Shown: positions 16,227 to 27,783 of the stretch, piece after piece
How the letters are laid out: every line of letters starts with the position of its first letter
Position numbering within the stretch: position 1 is the stretch's first letter
Source of the DNA: Tetramitus jugosus
Taxonomy: Eukaryota; Protista; Heterolobosea
Direction of reading: 5' to 3'
DNA length: 64,000 bases
NCBI GenBank assembly: GCA_937625935.1
Contig: OW569365.1
Coordinates: forward strand, 1 to 64,000
Notes under the pieces: generated by a model
Databases searched by the model: none
What the model saw: only the letters and a program-made list of their open reading frames with translations
Told to the model about the DNA's origin: nothing
Program-made: the position numbers and the translations under genes

Positions 16227-19217
16227 CTACAGAGTGTAGGTGCTGTCATCCGTATCATTTTCGTCCATTTCTGTCATTTCGTACCACGAAGGTTTGAGTT
16301 GGTCGTATGGGTTTGCTTCGACAAACTTTTCTGTTCCTGTTTGATCCTTGATACTATTCTTTCGCTTTCGATTGCGTCGCTTTCTTCCACTCGCGAGAGT
16401 TGCTCCCTCGTTTAAAACAGGACTATTGACACGCTGAGTGATCGGATCTTGTGGACCGTACGGGGAAACCTTGGAAGGGATAGGGGCTGCGCTCATTGGT
16501 ATCTCAGAGCTAAGGGATTGAGTTGTCGCAATGGGAGAAGAGTATGCATAGATTGGGACCGATCCGTTCACGGCTTGCGATGTTGGTTGTAGGTGACTTG
16601 AAGGAGAGGATTGATAGGAAGTAGGTGGTGCAGGATGCCTCATATAATTTAAGTACTGTTGTTGTTGGTGTTGCTGAAGATTGCTCTGTTGCATCATTTG
16701 TTGCGGCATTGGGATTGTTTGTTGCGCAGACATGTGGGCCATCAGCATGCTAACTGTGGATGTCATTGTTTTCATGGCCTCATTGATTCCTTCGATCGCC
16801 ATCGACAAATTCGAAACAGCTTGTGTTAACTGATTAAGTTGTCTATCGTGCTGTTTCATAGCATGATAGTTGGACATGTTGGAGGAGGGTGGAGGTGGTG
16901 GAGGCGGTATTTGATGATCGTTGGATTGAGTGGCACTGTCACCACTCTGCTGTGGAGCATACGTTGGCATAAGTTCATGCCTAGAATATGAATTTGCCGA
17001 AATTGGGTGAATTTCGTTCTTGTCGTCTATGAATTCGTCTTCTAGTGATGAGGAGAATTCTCTTGCTGCTGCTAAAATCTTTTTGCGAGGACCGTACCTA
17101 TTAACACCTATCCTAAACAGATCTGCCTCCGTTAAGACAGCTACACAGTCCATATCAATTTCTTCATGAGTAAATATGGCCGCATACCGACCTAAGCCTA
17201 GTGAAACTAACCAATTTGTAACTTCTTTCGCATCTTTTGCACTGTAAACTTGTTGGTCCTGTCCATAGAGTCCATTCTTTCTCGACATTGACCTTTTCCT
17301 CCTCCGTGTGATTTGTTGATTCTTGTTAGGGTCTTGATAACTGCTGTCGTCGACACGAATTTCAGTACGGACACTAATAAACTGATTCGTTGGACCAAGT
17401 TGAGAGATCACTCTCTTCACTGGAGTCATCTTAGGCGGCAACGGAGGCGGCGGTGGCGGCATGTTTGAATTAGGATTATAATTGATATGAGGCATAACAA
17501 GGTTATCCGTCATAACTGTTGTGGTAGGAACGGGAGCCTCCACTACCACTTTTTCAACACTAGATTTGATTTCAGTTGGCTGGGATGATTTGTTTGAGGT
17601 GGAGACTACAGCAGCAGCTAGAATCTCCTCCTGCTTCAGCTCGTTCAACTTGCCAGAGTCTTCAGGACTTGTAGGTGTAAAAATTTCGTTCAATGCAGAT
17701 AGATTGACAGGTTTTGGTAGATGAGCTACTGCTTCTACAATTCCGCTCTTCTCGATGGCGATATCTACATCGAGCATATACAGCTCTTTAAAACGAGTCG
17801 ATTTGTCTCCACCACCGAATACATACATGGTCTTATCTCTCACCAGCAGACTTGTGTGAGCACATCGAGCTTTTGGTGATTTAAAAGTAAGACGCTTGGC
17901 AACGACATAGTCTAAATCGACAATGAACAAATCATCCAAGAATCTGTTATCATCTCCTCCAAATAATATAAACATGTACTTGTCATGCACAAGTGTACAC
18001 GTATGAGCTGCTCTTGGTGCAGGTATAGGCCCTGATTTTGGAAGCATTATTTGCCTCCATTGATATGTGTCTGTATCCATCTCATAAAGTTCGTTGAGCA
18101 TGCGCGACTCATATACTCCTCCGAAAATATACATTCTGTTCTCTACAATTACAGCACCATGTCCCCATCGCTTACCAGGCTTGTTTAGTGTCTTTGGTTG
18201 CGACCATTCCATTTTAGTGGGATTCAAAACCCATAAATCATCAAAAATCTTATCTCGAGAACCACCGCCTCCGAACATGATAATGCGTCCTTGTTTTGTC
18301 ACCACAATTGAATGTCTACTCCGTGGAGCTGGATACACCTCCTTCATTGTAACAATTGTTCGATTGTTAATCTTTGCATTTTTGGATGGCGTTCCAAAAC
18401 CAGTGTCCATAATTTCCGCCGTTTGACTTCCTCTCAAAACGAGTTCGGACTCTGAGTCCCCACTAACATTACCATTACTAGTGTTATTGTTACTGTTACT
18501 GCTACCACTGATACCATTATCTTCACTGTTGCTACTGCTCGCTGATGCCTGCTCGTTTGACATGGACTGCATTGAAGAAGGACTATTACTATCTGTAATT
18601 GAATCCCCATACAAGTTCTGATTCAATATCAAGTCATCCTTGATATAGACTTTAACTTGACTTCGCACAACAGGTTGACTCCACTCCCAACTCTCGAGAT
18701 CCAAAATATGAATATCACTCAAGTAATTGAGTCCATTGCCTCCACCCATCAATAACACTTGAGGTGTACCTTCTGTCAAAGACGACTTGCTACTATTGCT
18801 ACTATTACTACTATTACTACTATTCTTACTGTAAATAAGAGTACAGGAATGACCGGCTCTTGGACTAGGAATCTTACCAGTCACATGAGGCATGCTCCAC
18901 TCTTGAGTCACCAAATCAAACACGTACAAATCATTCAACATGTTCATTCCTTCCCAACCTCCAAACATGAGCATACTCTCATTGCCCTTTTGATTGACAA
19001 AGAGACATGTGGCATGACCGAAACGAGCGCAGGGTGCCTTTCCAGAAAATTTGGCAATTTTCCACATGTACCTACCCACAACACTGGGACTGCTATTTGT
19101 TGTTGTTGTTGACGTTGGTGTCGTTTTTATTGTGGGTGGTGGTGGAGTGGATGTGAGTGATGATGATGATGATGATTCAGACTGATCATCGTCATGAGTC
19201 GTGTCAGTGACTGGCAT
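16227..19217 (-). CDS. Kelch-repeat protein with SAM domain and low-complexity tail
   Basis: Six Kelch motifs (PCARFGH..MFGG, PSPRAGHS, PAPRSRHS, PGKRWGH, PAPRAAHT, PKARCAHT) and SAM motif VTNWLVSLGLGRYAAIFTHEEID..LTEADLFRIGV..GPRKKIL. Confidence 0.88.
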   Translation of the reverse strand: MPVTDTTHDDDQSESSSSSSLTSTPPPPTIKTTPTSTTTTNSSPSVVGRYMWKIAKFSGKAPCARFGHATCLFVNQKGNESMLMFGGWEGMNMLNDLYVFDLVTQEWSMPHVTGKIPSPRAGHSCTLIYSKNSSNSSNSSNSSKSSLTEGTPQVLLMGGGNGLNYLSDIHILDLESWEWSQPVVRSQVKVYIKDDLILNQNLYGDSITDSNSPSSMQSMSNEQASASSSNSEDNGISGSSNSNNNTSNGNVSGDSESELVLRGSQTAEIMDTGFGTPSKNAKINNRTIVTMKEVYPAPRSRHSIVVTKQGRIIMFGGGGSRDKIFDDLWVLNPTKMEWSQPKTLNKPGKRWGHGAVIVENRMYIFGGVYESRMLNELYEMDTDTYQWRQIMLPKSGPIPAPRAAHTCTLVHDKYMFILFGGDDNRFLDDLFIVDLDYVVAKRLTFKSPKARCAHTSLLVRDKTMYVFGGGDKSTRFKELYMLDVDIAIEKSGIVEAVAHLPKPVNLSALNEIFTPTSPEDSGKLNELKQEEILAAAVVSTSNKSSQPTEIKSSVEKVVVEAPVPTTTVMTDNLVMPHINYNPNSNMPPPPPPLPPKMTPVKRVISQLGPTNQFISVRTEIRVDDSSYQDPNKNQQITRRRKRSMSRKNGLYGQDQQVYSAKDAKEVTNWLVSLGLGRYAAIFTHEEIDMDCVAVLTEADLFRIGVNRYGPRKKILAAAREFSSSLEDEFIDDKNEIHPISANSYSRHELMPTYAPQQSGDSATQSNDHQIPPPPPPPSSNMSNYHAMKQHDRQLNQLTQAVSNLSMAIEGINEAMKTMTSTVSMLMAHMSAQQTIPMPQQMMQQSNLQQHQQQQYLNYMRHPAPPTSYQSSPSSHLQPTSQAVNGSVPIYAYSSPIATTQSLSSEIPMSAAPIPSKVSPYGPQDPITQRVNSPVLNEGATLASGRKRRNRKRKNSIKDQTGTEKFVEANPYDQLKPSWYEMTEMDENDTDDSTYTL

Positions 19218-19659
19218 AAATGGTTGATTGTTGGTATGGACGGTTTGATGCAGATACCGTGCTCTCAAACACCTGATAGATAATAAGGCTCAGCTCTCTT
19301 TTTTTTTGGATTTTTTTTTCTCACTGTCCGCTGGAGAAATCAGCCGAATGGAGGGAGACACGTTGATAAGGGAAACGGGAAGACCAGATCACAAAAACAA
19401 TGATGTATGACTTTGTTGTTGATGGATTCCATAACAACAAGAAAAAAGATCATTGGAGATCGAGCTCGTTTTTTTTGTGCTTTGGTTTGTTCGTGTCAAG
19501 TTCCAATTTTCTTGCCAGGGGAGAGAATCAAGTGAATTGTGATCTGACACTTTATTTTGGGTAAGTAAATGCTCGCCACCAGGTCCCTTCGAACTGCTGC
19601 ATGACCATCCATTCCAATTAAAAAAATCATGAATTGCTAACAAAAAATAACATCTTAGT

Positions 19660-19902
19660 TTATTCAGCAAAATTTGGGAAGCAGTCAGCAAATGTCTTCT
19701 TTGCCTTCTCGTGCGTATCTACATGCTCTTGCAAACGAGTTTTGCTCGTATTGTCCAAGAAGGCCTGTTTGCAGAATGTGCATTGAATGTTCATCGCTTT
19801 TTGAACACTCTTGGTCACACTGATGCCCTTCTTCTGGGAGTCAAGCTTCTTGAGATTCTTTTCTCTCTTGGCTGCTGCTTTTTGGACGTTGCCCTTGCCC
19901 AT
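19660..19902 (-). CDS. Small SERF/ZNF706-like (At2g23090-type) zinc-finger protein
   Basis: MGKGNVQKAAAKREKNLKK N-terminus, CxxC...HxxxH, and C-terminal F.DCFP. Confidence 0.85.
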   Translation of the reverse strand: MGKGNVQKAAAKREKNLKKLDSQKKGISVTKSVQKAMNIQCTFCKQAFLDNTSKTRLQEHVDTHEKAKKTFADCFPNFAE

Positions 19903-20127
19903 GGTTGATGATGATTACTGTACAATAATAAAAAATGAAGATTGACTTCTGTGTTCTTGTTTTTCGCTCCAGAACAAGGCGCCAAAACAATCTTCGGAGT
20001 TTCAGCGGAAGTTTTTTCCGTCTCTTCGGGCAAACTTTTTTCAACACAATCAAACAAGAGAGAGTGAAAAACCGAAAACAATCATCAAACAAACAATCAA
20101 ACAACAAACAACAATTGAATTCAAATC

Positions 20128-20523
20128 ATGTCATTATTCGCAATTATTGCCGGATCAGTAGGCGTCGCAGGAGCCGCCATTGCAGCTAGAGCCGCACTCC
20201 GAACAGCACAACGCTCCAGAGGAGCAATGGGAGGTGCTGCCACGAACAAATTCTTCAATTTTGGAGGTTTTGGAAAGACAAATTCCGGTAGTGGTCAAAA
20301 CGTGTTTCTACCGGGAACGTTCGAGAATGAAATGACGAGAGAAGAAGCCGCTCAAATATTAAATGTGAGTGAAAAAGCAACGGAAGAAGAAATTAGAAAG
20401 GCACACAGAAAAATGATGATTGTTAACCATCCAGATAACGGAGGATCCACCTATCTATCTACAAAGATTAATGAAGCCAAGGAGTTTTTGATGGGAGGAC
20501 GTGCTGGAAGAAGCAGGCAATAA
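20128..20523 (+). CDS. PAM18: Mitochondrial import motor J-protein Pam18/Tim14
   Basis: [16 protein letters not shown]...[28 protein letters not shown] with an N-terminal hydrophobic anchor. Confidence 0.95.
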   Translation: MSLFAIIAGSVGVAGAAIAARAALRTAQRSRGAMGGAATNKFFNFGGFGKTNSGSGQNVFLPGTFENEMTREEAAQILNVSEKATEEEIRKAHRKMMIVNHPDNGGSTYLSTKINEAKEFLMGGRAGRSRQ

Positions 20524-20616
20524 TAAACTGATCACCATCATCATAGGAACCAAAAAAACCCGACACAATGAATTCATTCGTCAAATGTGTGCATGTATTA
20601 TTATGGTATTGTGTGT

Positions 20617-22557
20617 CTATTGGTTCGAAGGAGGTGGAGTAGTAGACTCGATAGTTGTAGCAGCAGCTGCGGATTCCTTGGGTTTCATCATTGGGAACAA
20701 CAAGACATCACGAATGTTCCAACTGTTGGTCAGTAGCATGACCAATCGGTCGATACCACAGCCCCAACCACCTGTTGGCGGCAGACCATACTCTAGAGAT
20801 CTACAAAAGTTTTCATCCTTTTCGTGAGCTTCGACGTCACCGTGGTCTTCCTTTGCTTGTACTTGTTGTTCAAATCTTCTTCTCTGTTCCACTGGATCGT
20901 TCAACTCTGTGTACGCGTTGCACAACTCTCGACCAGCCACGAACAGTTCAAATCTCTCGGTTAATGTTGGATCAGACTCGTGAGACTTGGCCAATGGAGA
21001 GATCAATGCAGGGTGATCGCAGATAAACGTTGGTTGGATACACTTTGGTTCGACCAAGTTGGACAACAGTCTATCAAGTAAATAGGCAACATCACCGACT
21101 CTTCCCTTGTCCAAATCAATTCTGTGTCTCTTGCAAGCATTAATGAGCTGTTGAATGGTAGCAGCTGAGGTCAATGCTTCACCACGAGGGATCTTTTCTC
21201 CAATCTCCTCTTCAATGCTGTCCAAATAAGAAATGCGCTTGAATGGTTTCGTCAAATCAATATGAATTACTTGAGCATCAACCTTTGATCCTGCCTCGAC
21301 AGTATACTCGATAATGCCAGCCTTTTCATCTTCCTGGACTGAGTTACCACCAGCAATCTTTAATGCTGTTTGGATGACACCTGATCCAACCTTCTTTGCA
21401 CTCTTTAATTCGTGCAAGAATAAAGCGCAACCACGGAACAAATCCTCTGTAAATCGCATAATATCATTATAATCAGCATGGGCCATGTACAACTCGCAAG
21501 ATGTGAACTCTGGATTGTGCGTCGCATCGACACCTTCATTTCTAAACACTTTTCCCAACTCAAACACACGTTCCATTCCACCAATAACCAACTCCTTCAG
21601 ATACAACTCTGGAGCAATTCTCAATTTAAGCTCAACATCACCACCCATGCTATTCAATTGAGTGATAAATGGTCTTGCTGCTGCACCTCCACTCTGCAAG
21701 GACAGGATCGGTGTTTCCACTTCGACAAAATCTCTCGATTGTAAAAAGATTCTAAAGAATGTCAGCACGTTTGATCTTGTTTGGAAATGAGGCACCAATG
21801 TGTCATGATGCACCACAAAATCCAATGCTCTGTTCCTGTAGCGAACCTCCGGATCCAACAATGAAGTCGAACTAAAAGAATCAGGCAACACGTGCAAACA
21901 AGGACTCAAAATCACAATTTGAGTCGGCAAAATACTCAATTCACCCGTGCCTGTTTTACATGGATGTCCAACAATACCAATATGATCACCTCTCTTCAAT
22001 GTTTGAACCATGATATCAAATTCTTCATTGTTTCCATATGCTTGCTTGGTCATCATGATTTGAACCGTAAATGTAGCATCTCCGTTTCTCACCGTAGCAA
22101 ACAAGAGTTTGTTACTCGCTTTTCTCACCGACAAAATTCTTCCCGAAATCTTCTCCGTAATGTGCATCAATTTTTGACCTGGTTCCACTGTACTCGTGTT
22201 GGTATATTCGTTGACATACTGTTCCAATGTTCTTGATATTTCAAATTTATTGGGGTACATGGTCATGTGATTCGGATGCTTGAGTGATTGATTTTGGAGC
22301 AACGTGTTCAAATGTTGCACTCTATTGGCATAGTATTGACTCACTGTAGAATTGTTGTTGTTGTTATTATTATTATTAGTGTTATTGTCAGAGGGTGATG
22401 ATGAATGAGATGTGGCCACGACACGACATGAGTGAAATGACAAGCATGGTCCAGGATGGTTTGTCAACATGACAAGTGGTGGAGGATTGGTGGTGGAATG
22501 ACACAACATTCGCAACCTGTTTTTGTTGCTGCAATTATTTGTGAATATTCGAAGCAT
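20617..22557 (-). CDS. KARS: Lysyl-tRNA synthetase (class II), probable mitochondrial presequence
   Basis: OB-fold, GGAAARPFIT, LRIAPELYLKELVIGG, FRNEG, HNPEFT, YGLPPTGGWGCGIDRL. Basic, non-acidic N-terminus. Confidence 0.96.
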   Translation of the reverse strand: MLRIFTNNCSNKNRLRMLCHSTTNPPPLVMLTNHPGPCLSFHSCRVVATSHSSSPSDNNTNNNNNNNNNSTVSQYYANRVQHLNTLLQNQSLKHPNHMTMYPNKFEISRTLEQYVNEYTNTSTVEPGQKLMHITEKISGRILSVRKASNKLLFATVRNGDATFTVQIMMTKQAYGNNEEFDIMVQTLKRGDHIGIVGHPCKTGTGELSILPTQIVILSPCLHVLPDSFSSTSLLDPEVRYRNRALDFVVHHDTLVPHFQTRSNVLTFFRIFLQSRDFVEVETPILSLQSGGAAARPFITQLNSMGGDVELKLRIAPELYLKELVIGGMERVFELGKVFRNEGVDATHNPEFTSCELYMAHADYNDIMRFTEDLFRGCALFLHELKSAKKVGSGVIQTALKIAGGNSVQEDEKAGIIEYTVEAGSKVDAQVIHIDLTKPFKRISYLDSIEEEIGEKIPRGEALTSAATIQQLINACKRHRIDLDKGRVGDVAYLLDRLLSNLVEPKCIQPTFICDHPALISPLAKSHESDPTLTERFELFVAGRELCNAYTELNDPVEQRRRFEQQVQAKEDHGDVEAHEKDENFCRSLEYGLPPTGGWGCGIDRLVMLLTNSWNIRDVLLFPMMKPKESAAAATTIESTTPPPSNQ

Positions 22558-22787
22558 TGTAATGGTGACTATTGGTTGTTGATGGTGTTGTGAAAATATG
22601 TGATCCTTGGTTCTCCAAACAGAAAATGCTTTTGGTGCAAAAAAATGAGTTGGATCTTGTGTGAATTGTCAGTCGGAAGAATACGAATGATTCCCCGTGC
22701 CGCAAAACTTGCCGCTTCTATGATTTTGAGGAACTTGAAGGCCGCCAAATTTGCGCACAATCAAAAATTACCGAAACAAACAAACAA

Positions 22788-23846
22788 ATGGACGATCAAG
22801 CACCAATAACAACACCAACAACAACAACTCAAACAACAAATGTCAAGAAACCGATCGCATGTATAGTGATTGGTATGGCAGGTTCCGGAAAAACTACATT
22901 TATGCAAAGAATCAACGCTCACGTCCATCAACACAACATTCCTAGTTACATGATCAATTGTGATCCTGCAGTGAGTAATGTTCCATATGGTGCAAATATT
23001 GATATTAGAGATACAGTGGACTACAAGGAAGTCATGAAACAGTATAACCTTGGACCTAATGGAGCCATTTTGACATCGTTGAACTTGTTTGCAACGAGAT
23101 TTGATCAAGTTGTGAGTCTAGCAGAGAAGAAGCATGAACAACAACCACTTGATTACATTTTCTTGGACACACCAGGTCAAATTGAAATTTTCACATGGTC
23201 CGCCAGTGGACAAGTCATTACAGAGTCGTTGGCATCGACATTTACAACGGTGATTGTCTATGTGGTTGACACACCGAGAAACATGTCTCCTGTGACATTC
23301 ATGTCCAACATGTTGTACGCTTGCAGTATTCTGTACAAGATGAAACTTCCATTTATTCTCGTGTTCAATAAGACTGATATCGTGAAGCATGATTTTGCAG
23401 TCAAGTGGATGAAGGATTTTAATGCGTTCCAAAAGGCACTGGAAAATGAAAAGTCATATAGTTCAACCTTGGCCTATTCAATGAGCTTGGTTCTCGAAGA
23501 GTTCTATCAGAATTTGACCTCTGTGGGCATGAGTGCTGTGACAGGTGAGGGTGTCTCTGATTTCTTCCAAGCTGTTGAAAAAGCCGGTGTCGAGTATACC
23601 GAAACATATTTGGTCGATTTAGAAAATAGGAGAAAGAAGTTGGAAGAATTGAAACGTCTGAGAGAACAACGTGAAATGAAAAAGTTGGAAAGAGACCTTG
23701 GTCGTGCAAACATTGATCAGAAGCTCAAGAAGCCACAGAAGCAAAAGATTCTGACTGAAGAAGATTTACAGGACGAAGACGATGACGACATGGGAGAGGA
23801 TCTGGCATTGAACCAATTCTTGCAAAGCCTCAAGAACAAGAAATAA
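22788..23846 (+). CDS. GPN1: GPN-loop GTPase 1 (Npa3/XAB1)
   Basis: [42 protein letters not shown]. Confidence 0.97.
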   Translation: MDDQAPITTPTTTTQTTNVKKPIACIVIGMAGSGKTTFMQRINAHVHQHNIPSYMINCDPAVSNVPYGANIDIRDTVDYKEVMKQYNLGPNGAILTSLNLFATRFDQVVSLAEKKHEQQPLDYIFLDTPGQIEIFTWSASGQVITESLASTFTTVIVYVVDTPRNMSPVTFMSNMLYACSILYKMKLPFILVFNKTDIVKHDFAVKWMKDFNAFQKALENEKSYSSTLAYSMSLVLEEFYQNLTSVGMSAVTGEGVSDFFQAVEKAGVEYTETYLVDLENRRKKLEELKRLREQREMKKLERDLGRANIDQKLKKPQKQKILTEEDLQDEDDDDMGEDLALNQFLQSLKNKK

Positions 23847-24545
23847 TAAAAAACACGCCACCTGATGTGTTAATGATTCATGACAATCGCTGCCCTATTC
23901 TTGTAAGAGTTGCCTGAAATATTTACTTCTCGGACCGCTCATTTACAGATTTGGTGGTTAGTGCAAATAAAAGGTTGTTTTTCGAAGGGTCCACGGCTAC
24001 TGTAATGGGAGGTTATTCGCGCTGTGTAATTACCCGACGCCAAATGGTCGGTATCTTCCAAATAGAGGATAGCCCCACTTTTCATCCAAAAACTTTCAAA
24101 CTTCATTCCTCGACTTGGTTTTTCCTCCCCATCTGCTTTCAAAATCGCATCACGCTTTTATACTCAACTTTTACCACACACGTGCAAGAAAGTTGAGGGG
24201 AGCGCTCGAACTAGCACACAAAAGTTTCAACTATCAATCATCAAAAAGCAAAGACACCCATCATTGTTGCCCAAGCCATCGCTTTCTCTATTGTTGGTTT
24301 CTCAGGATATCCGTCCAGTGTTCACTGCATCACGCTCTCTCAATTCACACACAAGAAAGAAGCAGCATTCCGTTCATCCACAACAGCACCACCACGGTCT
24401 CCAGAAGAATTGTTGTTATCTCCCAATTTCCTTCTAATTAATTCCCTTGTGGTCACAAACTTTTAAAGTCTCATACAACTTGATCAGAAACATCAACGCC
24501 AAGAAGTCGTTCCTTCACCTTAAACACAGAGAGAAAACGTTACGC

Positions 24546-27413
24546 ATGAACTCGCAAGAAGAACCGCAATACCACGGAATAACAACAAGGATCACCAACG
24601 CAAGCCAACCGCAATCATATTCTTCCTCACATGCTGCCTCTCAGGAACAACAAGTTTCAAGTTTCACAAACTATGATCGGAGTCCACAGTCTGGACAAAT
24701 TTCACACAATCAAGGAGTGTTGAGTTCTCAGTTGTCGTCCGTTGGAAAGGTGACAAGTGGAACAACCACTACAGCAAATTCATGCCAAATAAGTGTCAAT
24801 CAAGGATCGTTCACTCAAGTCTCAAGTTATCATGATAACATTGTAGGTAACAGCAGTCGTCGTGAAGGCGTTCATAATTTGGTTGATTTCAGCGGCGCTT
24901 GTTTCTCGACAGCGTTGCCCTTCAATCAAACTCCCTCCAACGTTGATCTCTCCGCAGTTGCCTCTTCAACGTTATCACGGACTTCAATGTTGACCACCTC
25001 TTCGGCGCGTAATCAAAAACCACAACGGCAACCACAAGTATCCAACCAACAACAACAACAACAAGTGAGCACACCACAGATGGGAATGGGTGATCAAAAT
25101 CCTTCTGCTTCGAATCACCCATATCTCCATCAACAAAATCAACAGAATCATAATCGAGGTGCTGTGACATCATCATTCTCCTTGGTGATCCCAACACAAC
25201 AACAACAGCAACAGCATCAACAAGGTATGGTGCATCATCGATCACCAACCTCTCCATTGATCCTCATACCAACAACAACAACAGCAACATCGACATCGAC
25301 AGCAACGACGACCCCTACGACCAACATTGGTTTCTCATCATTGTCACTGGGTCATGTCACTCGAGGAGGTGGTGGTACGAATATAGGTACCACCATCGCC
25401 AACAATAGTAGTACTGGTCTGATTGTGAGTGGTGGTACTACTCAACAACAACCACATCAACAACAACAACAACAACAACAGCACTCGAATGACAATACCA
25501 GTCCATCGATTCTATCATCACTTCACAGTGGTGGTACAAACCAGCAACAACAACAGTCATCACAGCAATTATCTCAACAACAACACCAACAGGGCATCAC
25601 ATCATCACCATCATCATCATCATTATTTACTTCTTCACAACAACAACAACTATCATCATCATCATTGTCTGTCCCACACTGTGTCATATTTTCACTAGAT
25701 CAAAACAACAACTTTAGCAACAACAACAACAATAATCAAAACAATAATAGCAGCAGCAGTGCTTCTACTGCACTACCAACGATCCATACTTCTTTGACTG
25801 GGATCTCATCAAGTGCAAGTCCGAATCTCTCTACTACTACAACTGTTGCTACTCATCATCATTTGCCTCATCGTACAATTCTCAATCCAACGGTCTCTTC
25901 CTCTTCCGCTGCTGCGATCATTGGTACTGCTGCAGGCATTCAAGGTGCATCGAATAATGTTCCATTGTCTCAATCGACAATGAATCACAGTCAACACCAC
26001 CAACAACAGCTGCAGCAGCATCCACAGCCGCAGCAGCAATATGCACCATCAATGATGATGCTCATGATGGGAACAGGCCATCATCCTCAATCTTCAGGAT
26101 TACTGCCATTTGATATGTCATCCATGGTTGGCACTGATGCCGCGGCTACAAGTAGTGGTACCATTGCATCCGCTTCCAATTCTATGAGTGGGACTCAGAG
26201 CACCAGTACAGCACCAGCAATGATTGCTGCTGCTGCTCTCTCTCCTGGTACTGGTTCAATGTCTGCACAATTGAACAATCTGGGAATAGATGATATGATC
26301 ATGTCCACCGCTGGACAAAGCTCATCTGAAAGGTTTAGACAACAACAATTTGAAAAGTTGGACATTGCACTTCAGAACCAGTTTCCAACCATGGCGTCCA
26401 ATCAGAGAGATTCATTGTTCCCTCTGGTTGATTTCACTGATCACCCTGATTACTTGGATGTGCTCAACATTGGTGATGTGAACTCGCATGTCGAACCGGA
26501 GCAGCAGTCTGCTGAATTCCCATTTGATCATCACTTTGCATTTAATGATGATAACAATCAGGACATCACTGGTCATGCACTTTTGCTTGATGGTGTTGGA
26601 ATGGTCCATGATGATCCGATGATGGATTCAGCGGCGCAATTCGCACTTCCTTTGGATGTCATGTTTTCCCAGTCGACGCACCACCAGAGCTATCCTGAAG
26701 GATTATTTCAAGTGGAAAGCAGCTCCATGTCGAGCGATGCACAAGCCATGCAGCAACCTCGCGATTTTCAATCATCATCAGTGACCATTGCTGCAAATCC
26801 ATCAAGTGGTGTGATGACTCATCATGATCCGAATATTGCACTCAGTCCTAGCCAGCATTATGACCCAATGGTCAACACCATTGATGGAAGCACGTTGTTC
26901 AGTAGTGGAGGTGGTGGAAGTGGCAGCAACGTTTCATCTCCCGTCAACTCAACAACAGGAGTCATCTCGAGTAGTTATCAAAGCTCCAACAACCAGTTTG
27001 CATCGTCCTCATCATCCACAACTACTTCGACGACTACTTCTACGATGACACGTGCATCTTCATCTTCGAGCGGTAAGCGTGCTTCACCAACTCGTCATGT
27101 GCACAGTACAAAGCAGGAGAGAACCTCCAAGAGAAAGCGACCTCCTCCTGTTCCGAAAGGCGAGTTAGAATTTGTTAATCATGGCCAAGAAGAAATTCAA
27201 AACATGATCGATCGATACCACAAAAAAATGGATGAAAAAGAAGTGAGAAGTGGCTGCGTACCACACAACTCTAGCACTGAAGAAGACTTTGGACCAAGAC
27301 ACTTGGAAGTACAGAAAAAGAAGAGCAGAAATAGCAAGCCATACGATGAATATTTGACCACGTTTCATTTAGTTGTCGATCAGAACAGCAGTAATAATAA
27401 TGAAAGTAAATAA
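24546..27413 (+). CDS. Low-complexity Q/S/T/N-rich protein with basic C-terminal region, function unknown
   Basis: ~955-codon open frame with polyQ/S/N tracts. C-terminal KRKR putative NLS and a short ordered segment (ELEFVNHG...). Confidence 0.75.
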   Translation: MNSQEEPQYHGITTRITNASQPQSYSSSHAASQEQQVSSFTNYDRSPQSGQISHNQGVLSSQLSSVGKVTSGTTTTANSCQISVNQGSFTQVSSYHDNIVGNSSRREGVHNLVDFSGACFSTALPFNQTPSNVDLSAVASSTLSRTSMLTTSSARNQKPQRQPQVSNQQQQQQVSTPQMGMGDQNPSASNHPYLHQQNQQNHNRGAVTSSFSLVIPTQQQQQQHQQGMVHHRSPTSPLILIPTTTTATSTSTATTTPTTNIGFSSLSLGHVTRGGGGTNIGTTIANNSSTGLIVSGGTTQQQPHQQQQQQQQHSNDNTSPSILSSLHSGGTNQQQQQSSQQLSQQQHQQGITSSPSSSSLFTSSQQQQLSSSSLSVPHCVIFSLDQNNNFSNNNNNNQNNNSSSSASTALPTIHTSLTGISSSASPNLSTTTTVATHHHLPHRTILNPTVSSSSAAAIIGTAAGIQGASNNVPLSQSTMNHSQHHQQQLQQHPQPQQQYAPSMMMLMMGTGHHPQSSGLLPFDMSSMVGTDAAATSSGTIASASNSMSGTQSTSTAPAMIAAAALSPGTGSMSAQLNNLGIDDMIMSTAGQSSSERFRQQQFEKLDIALQNQFPTMASNQRDSLFPLVDFTDHPDYLDVLNIGDVNSHVEPEQQSAEFPFDHHFAFNDDNNQDITGHALLLDGVGMVHDDPMMDSAAQFALPLDVMFSQSTHHQSYPEGLFQVESSSMSSDAQAMQQPRDFQSSSVTIAANPSSGVMTHHDPNIALSPSQHYDPMVNTIDGSTLFSSGGGGSGSNVSSPVNSTTGVISSSYQSSNNQFASSSSSTTTSTTTSTMTRASSSSSGKRASPTRHVHSTKQERTSKRKRPPPVPKGELEFVNHGQEEIQNMIDRYHKKMDEKEVRSGCVPHNSSTEEDFGPRHLEVQKKKSRNSKPYDEYLTTFHLVVDQNSSNNNESK

Positions 27414-27783
27414 TGTGATAATTTGCTCAACTACTTAGTTATGTTATTTTGGCCAACGCGAATTTTTTGCGCAGGATAATCAACCGACAATCTTGGATAA
27501 TCGAGCGACAGTTCCGAGCTCCCCCAAATATATCATTTGTGCTTTATTTCTGACCATGGTCTAGCTCTTCAAACATGGTATGAGCACCGAGAGAGAATAT
27601 TTCATCTGCACAGTCTATGAGAACTTCAGGGGCAGCAGTCTAACTGTCCCAGTTGAACATTGAGGGCTCGACCGGCCGGTGGTATGGGTCACTCTGTAGT
27701 TGCGATCAACATGTGTCTCAACGTATGCTTCAGTATCAGGTGAGCAGCCTAAAATTTTGAATCCTCTGTCTAACTCATTCCAT

